From Nemertoderma westbladi (Eukaryota > Animalia > Xenacoelomorpha): a stretch of 64,000 nucleotides of DNA. The notes below the pieces were generated by a model. That model did no database searches and was not told the origin of the DNA. It was given only the letters and a program-made list of their open reading frames with translations. This document shows, one piece after another, positions 50,262-63,400 of the stretch. The stretch is taken from the NCBI GenBank assembly GCA_032718475.1, contig JAUCBJ010004452.1, positions 33,155 to 97,154 of the forward strand. Direction: 5' to 3'. How positions within the stretch are numbered: position 1 is the stretch's first letter; each line of letters starts with the position of its first letter. Made by a program: the position numbers and the translations under genes.

Positions 50262-50395
50262 ACTTGATGCTCGTGAAGGAAGTCCCAGTAGATCTACGGC
50301 GTCGACTGTAGATTCATCCCACATTTACAACATGAGCCATCGGTCTCGAGGCCACGCTATTATTATTAACAATAAAATATTCGAACCCCGAACAC
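50262..50395 (+). CDS. Caspase exon 2
   Basis: TTGTAG acceptor; YNMSHRSRGHAIIINNKIF is the caspase p20 start motif; GTAAGT donor, phase 1. Confidence 0.9.
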
Positions 50396-53017
50396 GTAAG
50401 TATTGCTAATTATTGTGCGGAAAACTCAATCAACTGAGTTAATTTATAAATTTTATTTTAAAGGCATATGGGAATATAGGTCTGTATGTCTCCGTTCTTT
50501 TTCCATCTCGACAACTCAGTCAGTAAGTCAAAATTTAAAATTGTTATCTTCCGATGCCACATTTTTTGGAACCAGCATGTTAATTTTCATCTTATTTTTC
50601 AGCCATTTTTTTGTATATATTTTCTTTTTCTATTTCTGATAATCGGCTATTTTGTAAAAAAAAAAAAATATTAAAAAAATGAAAAAACCCAAATTTTTTG
50701 TAATTTTTCTTTGAAAAATGTGGAAATATTATGATGATATCAAGAAAACTGGGCGAAATTTAATACAGCTTATGAAATTAATTACCTTACATATAAATAA
50801 AAAATTGCAAAAAAACGGTTAAGAATGATGGCGGGTGAGAAGTCGCCTTCAAAGTGCCTTCATTGGTTGATTAATAGTGTCTGTGTCTGACAGGAAGGAA
50901 ACACACCACCGAGCTAAAATTATATTTATGGGGGTTTTCGGGGTCGCTGATTTCATTTATTTAGTACCTTTTATATTAAGTTATATTACAAGTAACTTAA
51001 CACGTTAGCTGCGGATTGAGCACCGGTGCTCAATTCGTGTTTTAACTTTACTGCGGCAGGTTTTACTCCCTGTCAACTTCTTACTGCGGATTGTGCACCG
51101 GTGAACATAACCTGTACAACCCTGTAGTGCGGAGCTATTTTGGCTTGGCTTGGCTATTTCAGCACCGGTGCTCAAATACATTAGCCATTGCCATATTCGG
51201 TGTCTGTGACCTTTATATCACCCATATATTTTTTTTGGGTTCGTGCACCGGTGCACAAGCCGCACTACACAAGTGCCAGTGCGGATTGAGCTCCGGGGCT
51301 CCGTTAATTGTTAGTTAAGCAATAACTATTTACTGTTTATTTTTCATGTTAATTTATATTGCACGAGCAAAATGTGCTGTAATAATAACAATGTTATTTT
51401 ATATTGTTTTACTTTCTAGATGTTTTTAGAACCCAAATGATTGATGGGTGGGGGGGGGGTGTTATCGTTAAACTGCAGACATTATTTACTACGCCCACAC
51501 ACAGGCACGGACCCAAGAGAGGGGAGGGAGGCTATGATGGGGCTACCCCCTGAAATTTTGGAAGTGGCCAAAAGTTATTTACTAATTCGATGGGATAATT
51601 ATTGGTACAGTTTTGAAAATTGTTAATCCTATAAGCGTAAAATCAAAAAAAAATTATAATATTTTGACTACAATCTCTGGCTGGACTGGCTATTGAGTTT
51701 ATCAATGGTGCTCCTCCATTGTTTTAGAAATTCAGTGATAGTGAATTTGACCCCGCGGTGCCCAAAGGCATTCCTACAAAATTGTAATTAACAAACTGTA
51801 AGTTGTTGAGCACCGGTGCACAATCCGTAGTTTCGCAATATCACTTTTCGTTTTCGAGTTATTGGGCTTTTTTCACGACTTGCACTTTTCGTACCATAGC
51901 ACAATTTCGAAATCCATTAGATTTGTCTAATTACTTCAAATTGAATTCTTTTGGCTAACTAAAAACATTTTGATTTTGTCATTTACTCCTATTTCATTTT
52001 TTGGTCACTTTTAGTCACAAAATGTATCTCCTCATTCAATCTTTACCCGATTTGGCTAATATTTTTTGTTTGAAAGCCCTGTCTTTCCTGAACATATTCT
52101 TTAGATTAAATTTTTTGATAAAGTTTCAAAAAAGTTAGATTGGCCGGGGGGGGGGGGGTAAACCGAAATATTATGAAATTATTTTTATGGTCTATTATAA
52201 TGTCCGATTAAATGGTGTTCCCAAATCTGAAAACCGCTATTTAATATCTCTTTTAGTTTTCAAATTATAACAATTTCCATCATGTGAAGAATAACAGACT
52301 TTCTGCCGTTATATTTCACTTTGCAGTTACCCCCATGCGAAGAATACCCGGTTTTCACCAAAACACAGGTTACAGAAGGGTTGAATCTAACCAAAACAAT
52401 AAACGAATTAGTATATGTACAGGTTATAAGACAGAAACCAGCGCTATAAAACACTTAATAAAGATCAATTTAAAAAAATAAAAATATTCATATATAAAAT
52501 TCCAATAAAAGGTCGACCTAAACTTAAAGCCTGTGTGGTCTATAAAAATATTTCATGACTTCGAGTCTCAAAAAGTGCAATAAAATCATTTAAAAAAAAA
52601 AAACGAAAAAATTCATCTGAGGATTCTATAAAGGTTTACTCAGTGCACCTACTCACCAATTTTTACGACCAAAATACCCAAAACTGAAGGAGATACATTT
52701 TAAGAACGGACCAATGAAAATTTCGTTCAATTGGCTGTTAGCCAATCAGAAGCTCGAGTATTTGATGTGTGTGACCACGGAGATGGAATGCCCGTCTAAT
52801 TACCTTTCAGAATATGTCCTAGTATCAAATCCAGTGCTTATGGTGCATTTTTAAGCATTTCCAAAAGATTGCCATGACAAAAGATGACCCTCCCCCCGTA
52901 GGAATAAATAAATTTGTGGCGTTAGCAGTTTTTTAATTGACTTAATTCATTTGGCTCTTTAGAAAATTTCATGACGAAATTTTCTTCAATTATTTGAATC
53001 TATTGTATTTTAATTAG

Positions 53018-53146
53018 ATATGAATCCGAGAGAGGGAACTGATCTAGATGCAGATCGGCTGTTCGTCGCCTTAGATAAACTTGGGTTCAGAGTAGAACAA
53101 TACGATAACTTAACGTGCAAGCAGATGCAGAACCTATGTCGCAAAG
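53018..53146 (+). CDS. Caspase exon 3
   Basis: AATTAG acceptor (phase 1); MNPREGTDLDADRLFVALDKLGFRVEQYDNLTCKQMQNLCRK (RxGTxxD motif); GTTAGT donor, phase 1. Confidence 0.92.
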
Positions 53147-53553
53147 GTTAGTGCGTTACGTGCAAGCAGATGCAGAACCTATGTCGCAAAGGTTAGTGCG
53201 TTACGTGCAAGCAGATGCAGAACCTATGTCGCAAAGGTTAGTGCGTTACGTGCAAGCAGATGCAGAACCTATGTCGCAAAGGTTAGTACGTTACGTGCAA
53301 GCTGATGCAGAACCTATGTCGCAAAGGTTAGTGCGTTACGTGCAAGCAGATGCAGAACCTATGTCGCAAAGGTTAGTGCGTTACGTGCAAGCAGATGCAG
53401 AACCTATGTCGCAAAGGTTAGTGCGTTACGTGCAAGCAGATGCAGAACCTATGTCGCAAAGGTTAGTGCGTTACGTGCAAGCAGATGCAGAACCTATGTC
53501 GCAAAGGTTAGTACGTTACGTGCAAGCTGATGCAGAACCTATGTCGCAAAGGT
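53113..53553. repeat. 45-bp tandem repeat (10 copies) spanning the caspase exon 3/intron junction
   Basis: Unit ACGTGCAAGCAGATGCAGAACCTATGTCGCAAAGGTTAGTGCGTT; the first copy is the exon end plus donor. Confidence 0.95.
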
Positions 53554-54492
53554 TTCCGTCCTTTTATGCTTATAATTGCACTTATGAACGAAATGAAATT
53601 GAAGGTTACAGAAGGAAAGAATATGATGATGGCTGATGGCTGGGTAAATTATATATTTTTAAATTGAGATTAAATCACAAATATTGTAAAGTAAGATAGG
53701 AAGGTTTAAAGAATTGCCTATAAAATTTTTAATACTTTTGTATTGGACCCTAACTTTTTGCATGCAAGCTCAGAATTAAATTTTCTTTCGAATGATATAT
53801 TACACTAAGGTGCCTGTCTCGCAGTTTTGGCTGGCCAGGGGGGGGGGGGGGGGGGGGAATCATTATGGAACACCCGGTACATTCCAGATCTGTGTACTCC
53901 AGATTTGAGGATTGAACTATATTATAATAACAGATAAATACAGAAGTTAGTTAGATAGGGATGCGGGTGCCGAATGAAGTAATCTATAATGGATGTTGAT
54001 ACGTATTAGTGGTATTAATACACTACTATTAATTGTGGTAGATACTGCAGTTACTAGCAGTAGTGTAATTTAGATTAGTGTAGGCCTAGAATTACAAAAT
54101 TAAGTTACTGTTTAGATATATATATAGTTTGAGATATTTTGAGAAAATAGTCTTTGTGTTTTTTATTTTTTATAATCACTGGGATTGCGTTGCATGTGGA
54201 TGGGCCCAAAAAGCTCATGGATTGTTGTGTGGAAGAAAGTCTAACAAGGGGAGTATAAAAATTTAGGTTAGTTGCAGCACGAGTAGCGTAGCCATGTAGT
54301 AAGTACTGTACTATAGTACTACTGGGAGTGACTGAAAGTAATACAACGTAGGAATTTATTGATTTTATTGCGTTGCGGTTTTATAATTGTATCTCCCCAT
54401 AGAAGAAGTCCATAGTGTACGTAAGGGTGGATTAGGCTTAAAGGCTTAAAGGCCTAAAGTATAGCTGGCGGCGGAGAATATGTGTATGAACA

Positions 54493-55323
54493 CCACAGGT
54501 TAGAGGTTGTAGGATGGGGGAAATAGTAGAACCCGGAGGGACGCCACAGGTTAGAGGTTGTAGGATGGGGGAAAGAGTAGAACCCGGAGGGACGCCACAG
54601 GTTAGAGGTTGTAGGATGGGGGAAAGAGTAGAACCCGGAGGGACGCCACAGGTTAGAGGTTGTAGGATGGGGGAAAGAGTAGAACCCGGAGGGACACCAC
54701 AGGTTAGAGGTTGTAGGATGGGGGAAAGAGTAGAACCCGGAGGGACGCCACAGGTTAGAGGTTGTAGGATGGGGGAAAGAGTAGAACCCGGAGGGACGCC
54801 ACAGGTTAGAGGTTGTAGGATGGGGGAAAGAGTAGAACCCGGAGGGACGCCACAGGTTAGAGGTTGTAGGATGGGGGAAAGAGTAGAACCCGGAGGGACG
54901 CCACAGGTTAGAGGTTGTAGGATGGGGGAAGAGTAGAACCCGGAGGGACGCCACAGGTTAGAGGTTGTAGGATGGGGGAAAGAGTAGAACCCGGAGGGAC
55001 GCCACAGGTTAGAGGTTGTAGGATGGGGGAAAGAGTAGAACCCGGAGGGACACCACAGGTTAGAGGTTGTAGGATGGGGGAAAGAGTAGAACCCGGAGGG
55101 ACACCACAGGTTAGAGGTTGTAGGATGGGGGAAAGAGTAGAACCCGGAGGGACGCCACAGGTTAGAGGTTGTAGGATGGGGGAAAGAGTAGAACCCGGAG
55201 GGACACCACAGGTTAGAGGTTGTAGGATGGGGGAAAGAGTAGAACCCGGAGGGACACCACAGGTTAGAGGTTGTAGGATGGGGGAAAGAGTAGAACCCGG
55301 AGGGACGCCACAGGTTAGAGGTT
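54493..55323. repeat. 51-bp G-rich minisatellite (~16 copies)
   Basis: Unit CCACAGGTTAGAGGTTGTAGGATGGGGGAAAGAGTAGAACCCGGAGGGACG; one copy carries a 2-bp deletion. Confidence 0.95.
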
Positions 55324-55493
55324 GAATTAAGGATTGGAGCAATCGATTGATACAAATTGGGATCGATATGAAAGGAAGCTATAAATTAGTTGATGTGGTA
55401 GACATCGAATTCCATTTGATGTTAGTTTAGATCGTAGTAAGTATTTTAGCGCTACACACACATAGAATATATTATGCTTGCTTATGTTCCTAG

Positions 55494-55669
55494 TTGCCCA
55501 TACTGATCACACAGACTGCGACTGCGTTTGCGTCAGTATTCTAAGTCATGGGGATAACGGAGTTATATATGGAATTGATGACAAAGTCGAAATAGAACAT
55601 TTAACGGGCATGTTTCGAGCTGATCTCAGCCCAACCTTAGCCGGAAAACCCAAACTATTCTTTATCCAG
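55494..55669 (+). CDS. Caspase exon 4 (catalytic His)
   Basis: CCTAG acceptor (phase 1); DCDCVCVSILSHGDNGVIYGID…LAGKPKLFFIQ; GTAAAT donor right after the Q of QACRG. The next exon was not found in the window. Confidence 0.95.
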
Positions 55670-55732
55670 GTAAATAATTGTTGGACAGAATTGTAGAATA
55701 ACAATTTATTTTAAAGATGAATCTGCAAGCTG

Positions 55733-58700
55733 CAAACCCACAGCAGCCTGTCCTCACCCCAAACAACAAGCAGCCTCTCCTCACCCAAAACAACAAGCAG
55801 CCTGTCCTCACCCAAAACAACAAGCAGCCTCTCCTCACCCAAAACAACAAGCAGCCTGTCCTCACCCAAAACAACAAGCAGCCTGTCCTCACCCAAAACA
55901 ACAAACAGCCTGCCCTCACCCAAAACAACAAGCAGCCTGTCCTCACCCAAAACAACAAGCAGCCTGTGCTCACCCAAAACAACAAGCAGCCTGTCCTCAC
56001 CCAAAACAACAAGCAGCCTTTCCTCACCCAAAATAACAAGCAGCCTGTCCTCACCCAAAACGACAAGCAGCCTGTCCTCACCCAAAACAACAAGCAGCCT
56101 GTCCTCACCCAAAACAACATGCAGCCTGTCCACACCCAAAACAACAAGCAGCCTGTCCTCACCCAAAAGAACTAGCAGCCTGCCCTCACCCAAAACAACA
56201 AGCAGCCTTTCCTCACCCAAAACAACAAGCAGCCTGTCCTCACCCAAAACAACAAGCAGCCTGTCCTCACCCAAAACAACAAGCAGCCTGTCCTCACCCA
56301 AAACAACAAGCAGCCTTTCCTCACCCAAAACAACAAGCAGCCTGTCCTCACCCATAACAACAAGCAGCCTGTCCTCACCCAAAACAACAAGCAGCCTGTC
56401 CTCACCCAAAACAACAAGCAGCCTGTCCTCACCCAAAACAACAAGCAGCCTGTCCAGTGTCCACACCCAAAACAACAAACAGCCTGTCCTCACCCAAAAC
56501 AACAAGCAGCCTGTCCTCACCCAAAACAACAAGCAGCCTGTCCTCACCCAAAACAACAAGCAGCCTGTCCTCACCCAAAACAACAAGCAGTCTGCCCTCA
56601 CTCAAAACAACAAGCAGCCTGTCCTCACCCAAAACAACAAGCAGCCTTTCCTCACCCAAAACAACAAGCAGCCTGTCCTCACCCATAACAACAAGCAGCC
56701 TGTCCTCACCCAAAACAACAAGCAGCCTGTCCTCACCCAAAACAACAAGCAGCCTGTCCTCACCCAAAACAACAAGCAGCCTGTCCAGTGTCCACACCCA
56801 AAACAACAAACAGCCTGTCCTCACCCAAAACAACAAACAGCCTGTCCTCACCCAAAACAACAAGCAGCCTGTCCTCACCCAAAACAACTAGCAGCCTGCC
56901 CTCACCCAAAACAACAAGCAGCCTTTCCTCACCCAAAACAACAAGCAGCCTGTCCTCACCCAAAACAACAAGCAGCATGTCCTCACCCAAAACAACAAGC
57001 AGCCTTTCCTCACCCAAAACAACAAGCAGCCTGTCCTCACCCATAACAACAAGCAGCCTGTCCTCACCCAAAACAACAAGCAGCCTGTCCTCACCCAAAA
57101 CAACAAGCAGCCTGTCCTCACCCAAAACAACAAGCAGCCTGTCCAGTGTCCACACCCAAAACAACAAACAGCCTGTCCTCACCCAAAACAACAAGCAGCC
57201 TGTCCTCACCCAAAACAACAAGCAGCCTGTCCTCACCCAAAACAACAAGCAGCCTGTCCTCACCCAAAACAACAAGCAGTCTGCCCTCACTCAAAACAAC
57301 AAGCAGCCTGTCCTCACCCGAAACAACAAGCAGCCTTTCCTCACCCAAACAACAAGCAGCCTGTCCTCACCCATAACAACAAGCAGCCTGTCCTCACCCA
57401 AAACAACAAGCAGCCTGTCCTCACCCAAAACAACAAGCAGCCTGTCCTCACCCAAAACAACAAGCAGCCTGTCCAGTGTCCACACCCAAAACAACAAACA
57501 GCCTGTCCTCACCCAAAACAACAAACAGCCTGTCCTCACCCAAAACAACAAGCAGCCTGTCCTCACCCAAAACAACAAGCAGCCTGTCCTCACCCAAAAC
57601 AACAAGCAGCCTGTCCTCACCCAAAACAACAAGCAGCCTGTCCAGTGTCCACACCCAAAACAACAAACAGCCTGTCCTCACCCAAAACAACAAACAGCCT
57701 GTCCTCACCCAAAACAACAAGCAGCCTGTCCTCACCCAAAACAACTAGCAGCCTGCCCTCACCCAAAACAACAAGCAGCCTTTCCTCACCCAAAACAACA
57801 AGCAGCCTGTCCTCACCCAAAACAACAAGCAGCATGTCCTCACCCAAAACAACAAGCAGCCTTTCCTCACCCAAAACAACAAGCAGCCTGTCCTCACCCA
57901 TAACAACAAGCAGCCTGTCCTCACCCAAAACAACAAGCAGCCTGTCCTCACCCAAAACAACAAGCAGCCTGTCCTCACCCAAAACAACAAGCAGCCTGTC
58001 CAGTGTCCACACCCAAAACAACAAACAGCCTGTCCTCACCCAAAACAACAAGCAGCCTGTCCTCACCCAAAACAACAAGCAGCCTGTCCTCACCCAAAAC
58101 AACAAGCAGCCTGTCCTCACCCAAAACAACAAGCAGTCTGCCCTCACTCAAAACAACAAGCAGCCTGTCCTCACCCGAAACAACAAGCAGCCTTTCCTCA
58201 CCCAAACAACAAGCAGCCTGTCCTCACCCATAACAACAAGCAGCCTGTCCTCACCCAAAACAACAAGCAGCCTGTCCTCACCCAAAACAACAAGCAGCCT
58301 GTCCTCACCCAAAACAACAAGCAGCCTGTCCAGTGTCCACACCCAAAACAACAAACAGCCTGTCCTCACCCAAAACAACAAACAGCCTGTCCTCACCCAA
58401 AACAACAAGCAGCCTGTCCTCACCCAAAACAACAAGCAGCCTGTCCTCACCCAAAACAACAAGCAGCCTGTCCTCACCCAAAACAACAAGCAGTCTGCCC
58501 TCACTCAAAACAACAAGCAGCCTGTCCTCACCCAAAACAACAAGCAGCCTTTCCTCACCCAAAACAACAAGCACCCTGTCCTCACCCAAAACAACAAGCA
58601 GCCTGTCCACACCCAAAACAACAAGCAGCCTGTCCTCACCCAAAACAACATGCAGCCTGTCCACACCCAAAACAACAAGCAGCCTGTCCTCACCCAAAAC

Positions 58701-59494
58701 AACAAGCAGCCTGTCCTCACCCAAAACAACAAGCAGCCTGTTTCTCACCCAAAACAACAAGCAGCCTGCCCTCACCCAAAACAACAAGCAGCCTGCCCTC
58801 ACCCAAAACAACAAGCAGCCTGTCCTCACCCAAAACAACAAGCAGCCTGTCCTCACCCAAAACAACAAGCAGCCTGTCCTCACCCAAAACAACAAGCAGC
58901 CTGTCCTCACCCAAAACAACAAGCAGCCTGTCCTCACCCAAAACAACAAGCAGCCTGTCCACACCCAAAACAACAAGCAGCCTGCCCTCACCCAAAACAA
59001 CAAGCAGCCTGCCCTCACCCAAAACAACAAGCAGCCTGTCCTCACCCAAAACAACAAGCAGCCTGTCCTCACCCAAAACAACAAGCAGCCTGTCCTCACC
59101 CAAAACAACAAGCAGCCTGTCCTCACCCAAAACAACAAGCAGCCTGCCCTCACCCAAAACAACAAGCAGCCTGCCCTCACCCAAAACAACAAGCAGCCTG
59201 CCCTCACCCAAAACAACAAGCAGCCTGCCCTCACCCAAAACAACAAGCAGCCTGCCCTCACCCAAAACAACAAACAGCCTGCCCTCACCCAAAACAACAA
59301 GCAGCCTGTCCTCACCCAAAACAACAAGCAGCCTGTCCTCACCCAAAACAACAAGCAGCCTGCCCTCACCCAAAACAACAAGCAGCCTGCCCTCACCCAA
59401 AACAACAAACAGCCTGCCCTCACCCAAAACAACAAGCAGCCTGTCCTCACCCAAAACAACAAGCAGCCTGCCCTCACCCAAAACAACAAGCAGC
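55733..59494. repeat. 27-bp minisatellite (~3.8 kb) CAGCCTGTCCTCACCCAAAACAACAAG with higher-order structure
   Basis: Directly visible; the variant pattern repeats at an 857-bp offset (ORF starts 56788 vs 57645). Confidence 0.97.
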
Positions 59495-60415
59495 TAGTTC
59501 TTTATTTAGAAAGTACCAACATAAAATATTCGCGGGTTGGAAAACCCGGAAATTAATTAAGTGTTATATTTATTCCAGTAAGAGGGTAATGTGGTCACGA
59601 AAATAACTTAATTTTAATTTTATTTTATAAATTGATATTTAAAAAATCTGCTAGATATATTTTGTAGATTCGAAGGTGCTGAGTCCAAAAAAATTGGTTT
59701 CAAAATAATTTGGATAATATCAAGGTATTTGTTGTGTTTTTAGTAAAATATTTTATTTCTTTGATTAGGAACAAAATACTGACTTATAGTTTTCAACCTG
59801 TGCGGTGCCACTGTCCCGCGAAAACCCGGACTAGCTAGTTATATTATATATTTACTTTTATACTGTTTATTAACAATATATGTGGAAGTTAAAGACGAAA
59901 CTACCCGAGTTTTTCCCAGATCCAGAACTACTAGAACCCATTTGTCCTGTAAACCTACGGGTTGGCAACACACACACCGTCTACCAACCAAGACCCCCCC
60001 CCCCCCCCCCCCCCCCTCCCCCACCGTCTACCAACCAAGACCCCCCCCCCACCGTCTACCAACCAAGATCCCCCCCCTGTCAACTACCTATTATGCATTT
60101 ATATAGAGAGTTACAATATCTTTATTATCTTTAACTAAGAATATTATATTGCCTTAGAGCTTTTCATAGTTTATGACTCGCCCCACATATATTTCTATTT
60201 GTGCATTTTATTACCAGCTGTCTCCTTGGCGGTCTTCTCCCTCCTATTCAAAACATAACTATAATATTGTTTATTTACTGTATAATATTTTGAAATGTCC
60301 ATTATCCATTTTATGCAGTTTAATTATGTTATGGAGAGCAAATACAATACAATACAATATAATAGAGACAGCGCACGCAACCTTATGTTTGTATTACCTT
60401 ATATGGTAGGATTAC

Positions 60416-63400
60416 TGTCCTGTTCCCTGATTGGCTTATCCATCCCAACCTCCGTAATATCAGGAATCTGTTCTGCCTAGCTGGCATCATTATTATTGAT
60501 CAGCAGTCAGAACATCATACTGGTACTGCAGTACTGACGTACTGCATGCATACATACAGTCAGACACCGGAAGCAGTCAATCAGGGGTAGGAAGCTCCAT
60601 GATCTTTCAATAGTATAGTAGTATAATATAGTATAGTATAGTACCGGTAGCATAGTTCTCATTATATTTCTTATTATAGTTGATAGTTCTTAGTTATAGT
60701 TGTTCTATAGTTTAGATTGGTTACTTTATATCTGTATATGCTGTTACAGTATTTGTAAAGTCCGATATATTATGTAACTGTAACATTCTGACATTCATGT
60801 ACCAGTTTCTATACATCAATATATCTATCTCAACATATCTTTCTGTCTTTGTACAAGCAATAATTTCAATACAATTATATCAGTTTATAGTATTCACAAT
60901 TTTTCAACTGTAACAATCAGACAATTGCAGGACATGGCGAACCTTCTGTGCTGTAAGATTTCACCCCTGTAAGTTGTGGCTTAGCACACCCACAATCTTG
61001 AAAGATCTTTTTTCCGTTTCATACTTTTGTACCGTACTAGGCACAGGCAGCTAGGCCTACCGTATGCCGTACCGGTCAGCCGGTACCTATGGTCTAATGT
61101 TGTAGCACAGTAGCTAATTACCAATTACAGAATTACTGTATTGAATTTTATATGTACCGATTCCTACTATATTTCTGTCAGTCCTACAGTCCGTTACGGT
61201 CAGACGGTAGGCTGGTAGGTCAACGAGTACCGGTACCAGTACAGTGCTGTGTTTTGGTTAGTTCACTTCACTCTATTGTTCTATCAATACGGTACTGTAA
61301 ATAGATAGGCTACCACTGTAAATCTTAATAGGCCTAACCGAACAGTCTTAGTACAGTAGTACAACAGTCTGACAGTAGGCTAAGCCTACATTATTATTTT
61401 TTGTTCTAAATTTTATCCGGTGTCTGCCTGACTGTATGTATGTATGTACTGATGTATCTATCTAATGCAGTAATGTTGTGTTAGTTAATTTTAACTGACA
61501 GACTGGTAGATAAGTTCTACCCATACCAGTATGCATTTGTAGACATTAGTTCTACCTTTTGTTTCGTTTATTTCCATGTGTAGATATTGGTTCTTCATCT
61601 ACCTACAGACCTACAACCTACCATATGTATTTGTAGACATTTGTTCTACATTTAGTACATTTTCTTGTAGATATTGGTTTTCATCTACCGTTTGAATTTG
61701 TAGACATTAGTTCTACCTTTTGTTACTCAGTAAGTAGGCCTATTTCTGTGGACAAGTTTTACAATTGGTATTAGGCCACTCATTAGTAAGTTACATTTTC
61801 TACAATATTATACTTACTGTAGTATTGACTTAGTCGTACAATTGTACGCATATTTGCACATATTGTTGTGCCATCAGCATTTAAAAAATCCTACATATTG
61901 CCTTGTATACATTCTGCCTGGTGATATATATTTTCTGCTACTTTATTATTGTACTGTTACCTACTAACAGGACGACTCTATCTACTTTACACCGACTGAC
62001 CGACTGCGACTGACTAACATTCACATTTGGATAATTTACATTTGTTTCCAGCATCGGTTGTTAGTGGGGCCTAGCTACCCCCATTCACATTTATTCCGGT
62101 ACTGTTAATAATTTGTGAATGTCCTACCTGACTGCCTGACTTGACATTGACCATTTCTTATCTTCTGATCTGTTTGACTCTAGTACAGTATAAAGCAGAA
62201 AATACAACATTTTTGATTATTTTTCTTTAAAATAGTCCATAACAATTTTGCGAAGCAACAGTCCATTAACTTGACTGTTCTAATCACTGACTCCGTCCAT
62301 TGTAACGATTTTTTTGCACAGAGTATATATACCTTAATTTATTAATTTCCATCCTTTCAGTTATTTTAGGCATATTTTGTATAATATAGGCCATGTAGGC
62401 TGATAGGCTAATACGAGTTAACAACTCTTATTTATGGTTTATTTGGCAATTAGTAAATCATCATATATTTCCTATGTTATATGCAACATATATATCTATA
62501 TACTGCTCTAAGTTAACAGCCTATTATTTAATATATTTATTACAGTTTATTCAATTTACTTAATTTATAAGGACATAGGCTGATAGGTCTGCTCAGGCAG
62601 TAAACTTATACAAAATTGAAATGGCATCTCCAAATTATGGAGACAACCCCACTGTGAGACAAAAGGGGTCTGAATCTGTCCATTTAAACAGACCAGACCA
62701 GCCCATTGAAGAACATTTACCCAAGGTAGACTCAACCAAGGATATTACCAGGAGTATAAATGGTTATTTGGGCTATGTTGCCAAAATTGAAAAGGAAGTT
62801 AATGACTTCCAAAGTAAATCCTTACCAATATCTGGGGAACTTCTTCAGAAAATTTGTTCAGCTTATTCAACAGTTGTTGAAAAGATCAGGGTACTGCAGC
62901 GCGCTTATGATCGCACAGGGGCAGATATGCCTGAACGTTTCATCAATTTGTTGGAACAATTTTCCAGTAAGGAATCCGAGTGGACTCCACTATCTGATGA
63001 CACTTATGAGAAACCACGAGAGAATCAAATGCTTGGTTTGGTTAACGATCAAGTAGAATGTGAAGTGCCGTGGATGAAAAATCCACATGTTCCTGTAACA
63101 AAACAATCCATACATGATCCAGAACCAAACCAATCCATTTATTCCAATTCTCATTATGTAGGCCTTCCTAATAATACTGACAAAGGTACAGTAAACAGAA
63201 CCTTTGATTGTTCTCCAAGCAGTATTCATCCCTCTCAATCGGCGAGCAATGCTGATCAAAATAAAAAATCAAAATCTACTCGTAGTAGTCATGCTAGTAA
63301 AAGTTTCAAAAGTGCTCTTTCGGGAGGTAGTAAGTCTACTTCCATCACGCAATTAGAAGCTATTGCTGGTGTTGCTGTTGAAGTTTCCAAACTTGCAACT

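Noticed and set aside
53115-53636. 173-aa repetitive ORF (QADAEPMSQRLVRYV)n
   Set aside because: Alternative frame of the 45-bp repeat; not the caspase frame.
54438-55355. 305-aa and related ORFs
   Set aside because: Translation of the 51-bp minisatellite.
55662-59606. Many long ORFs (up to 653 aa) on both strands
   Set aside because: Artefacts of a stop-free 27-bp satellite inside an intron.
59498-59839. Possible short Helitron (TC start; …CCCGCGAAAACCCGGACTAGCTAG end)
   Set aside because: Hairpin is poor and there is a single copy; not enough support.
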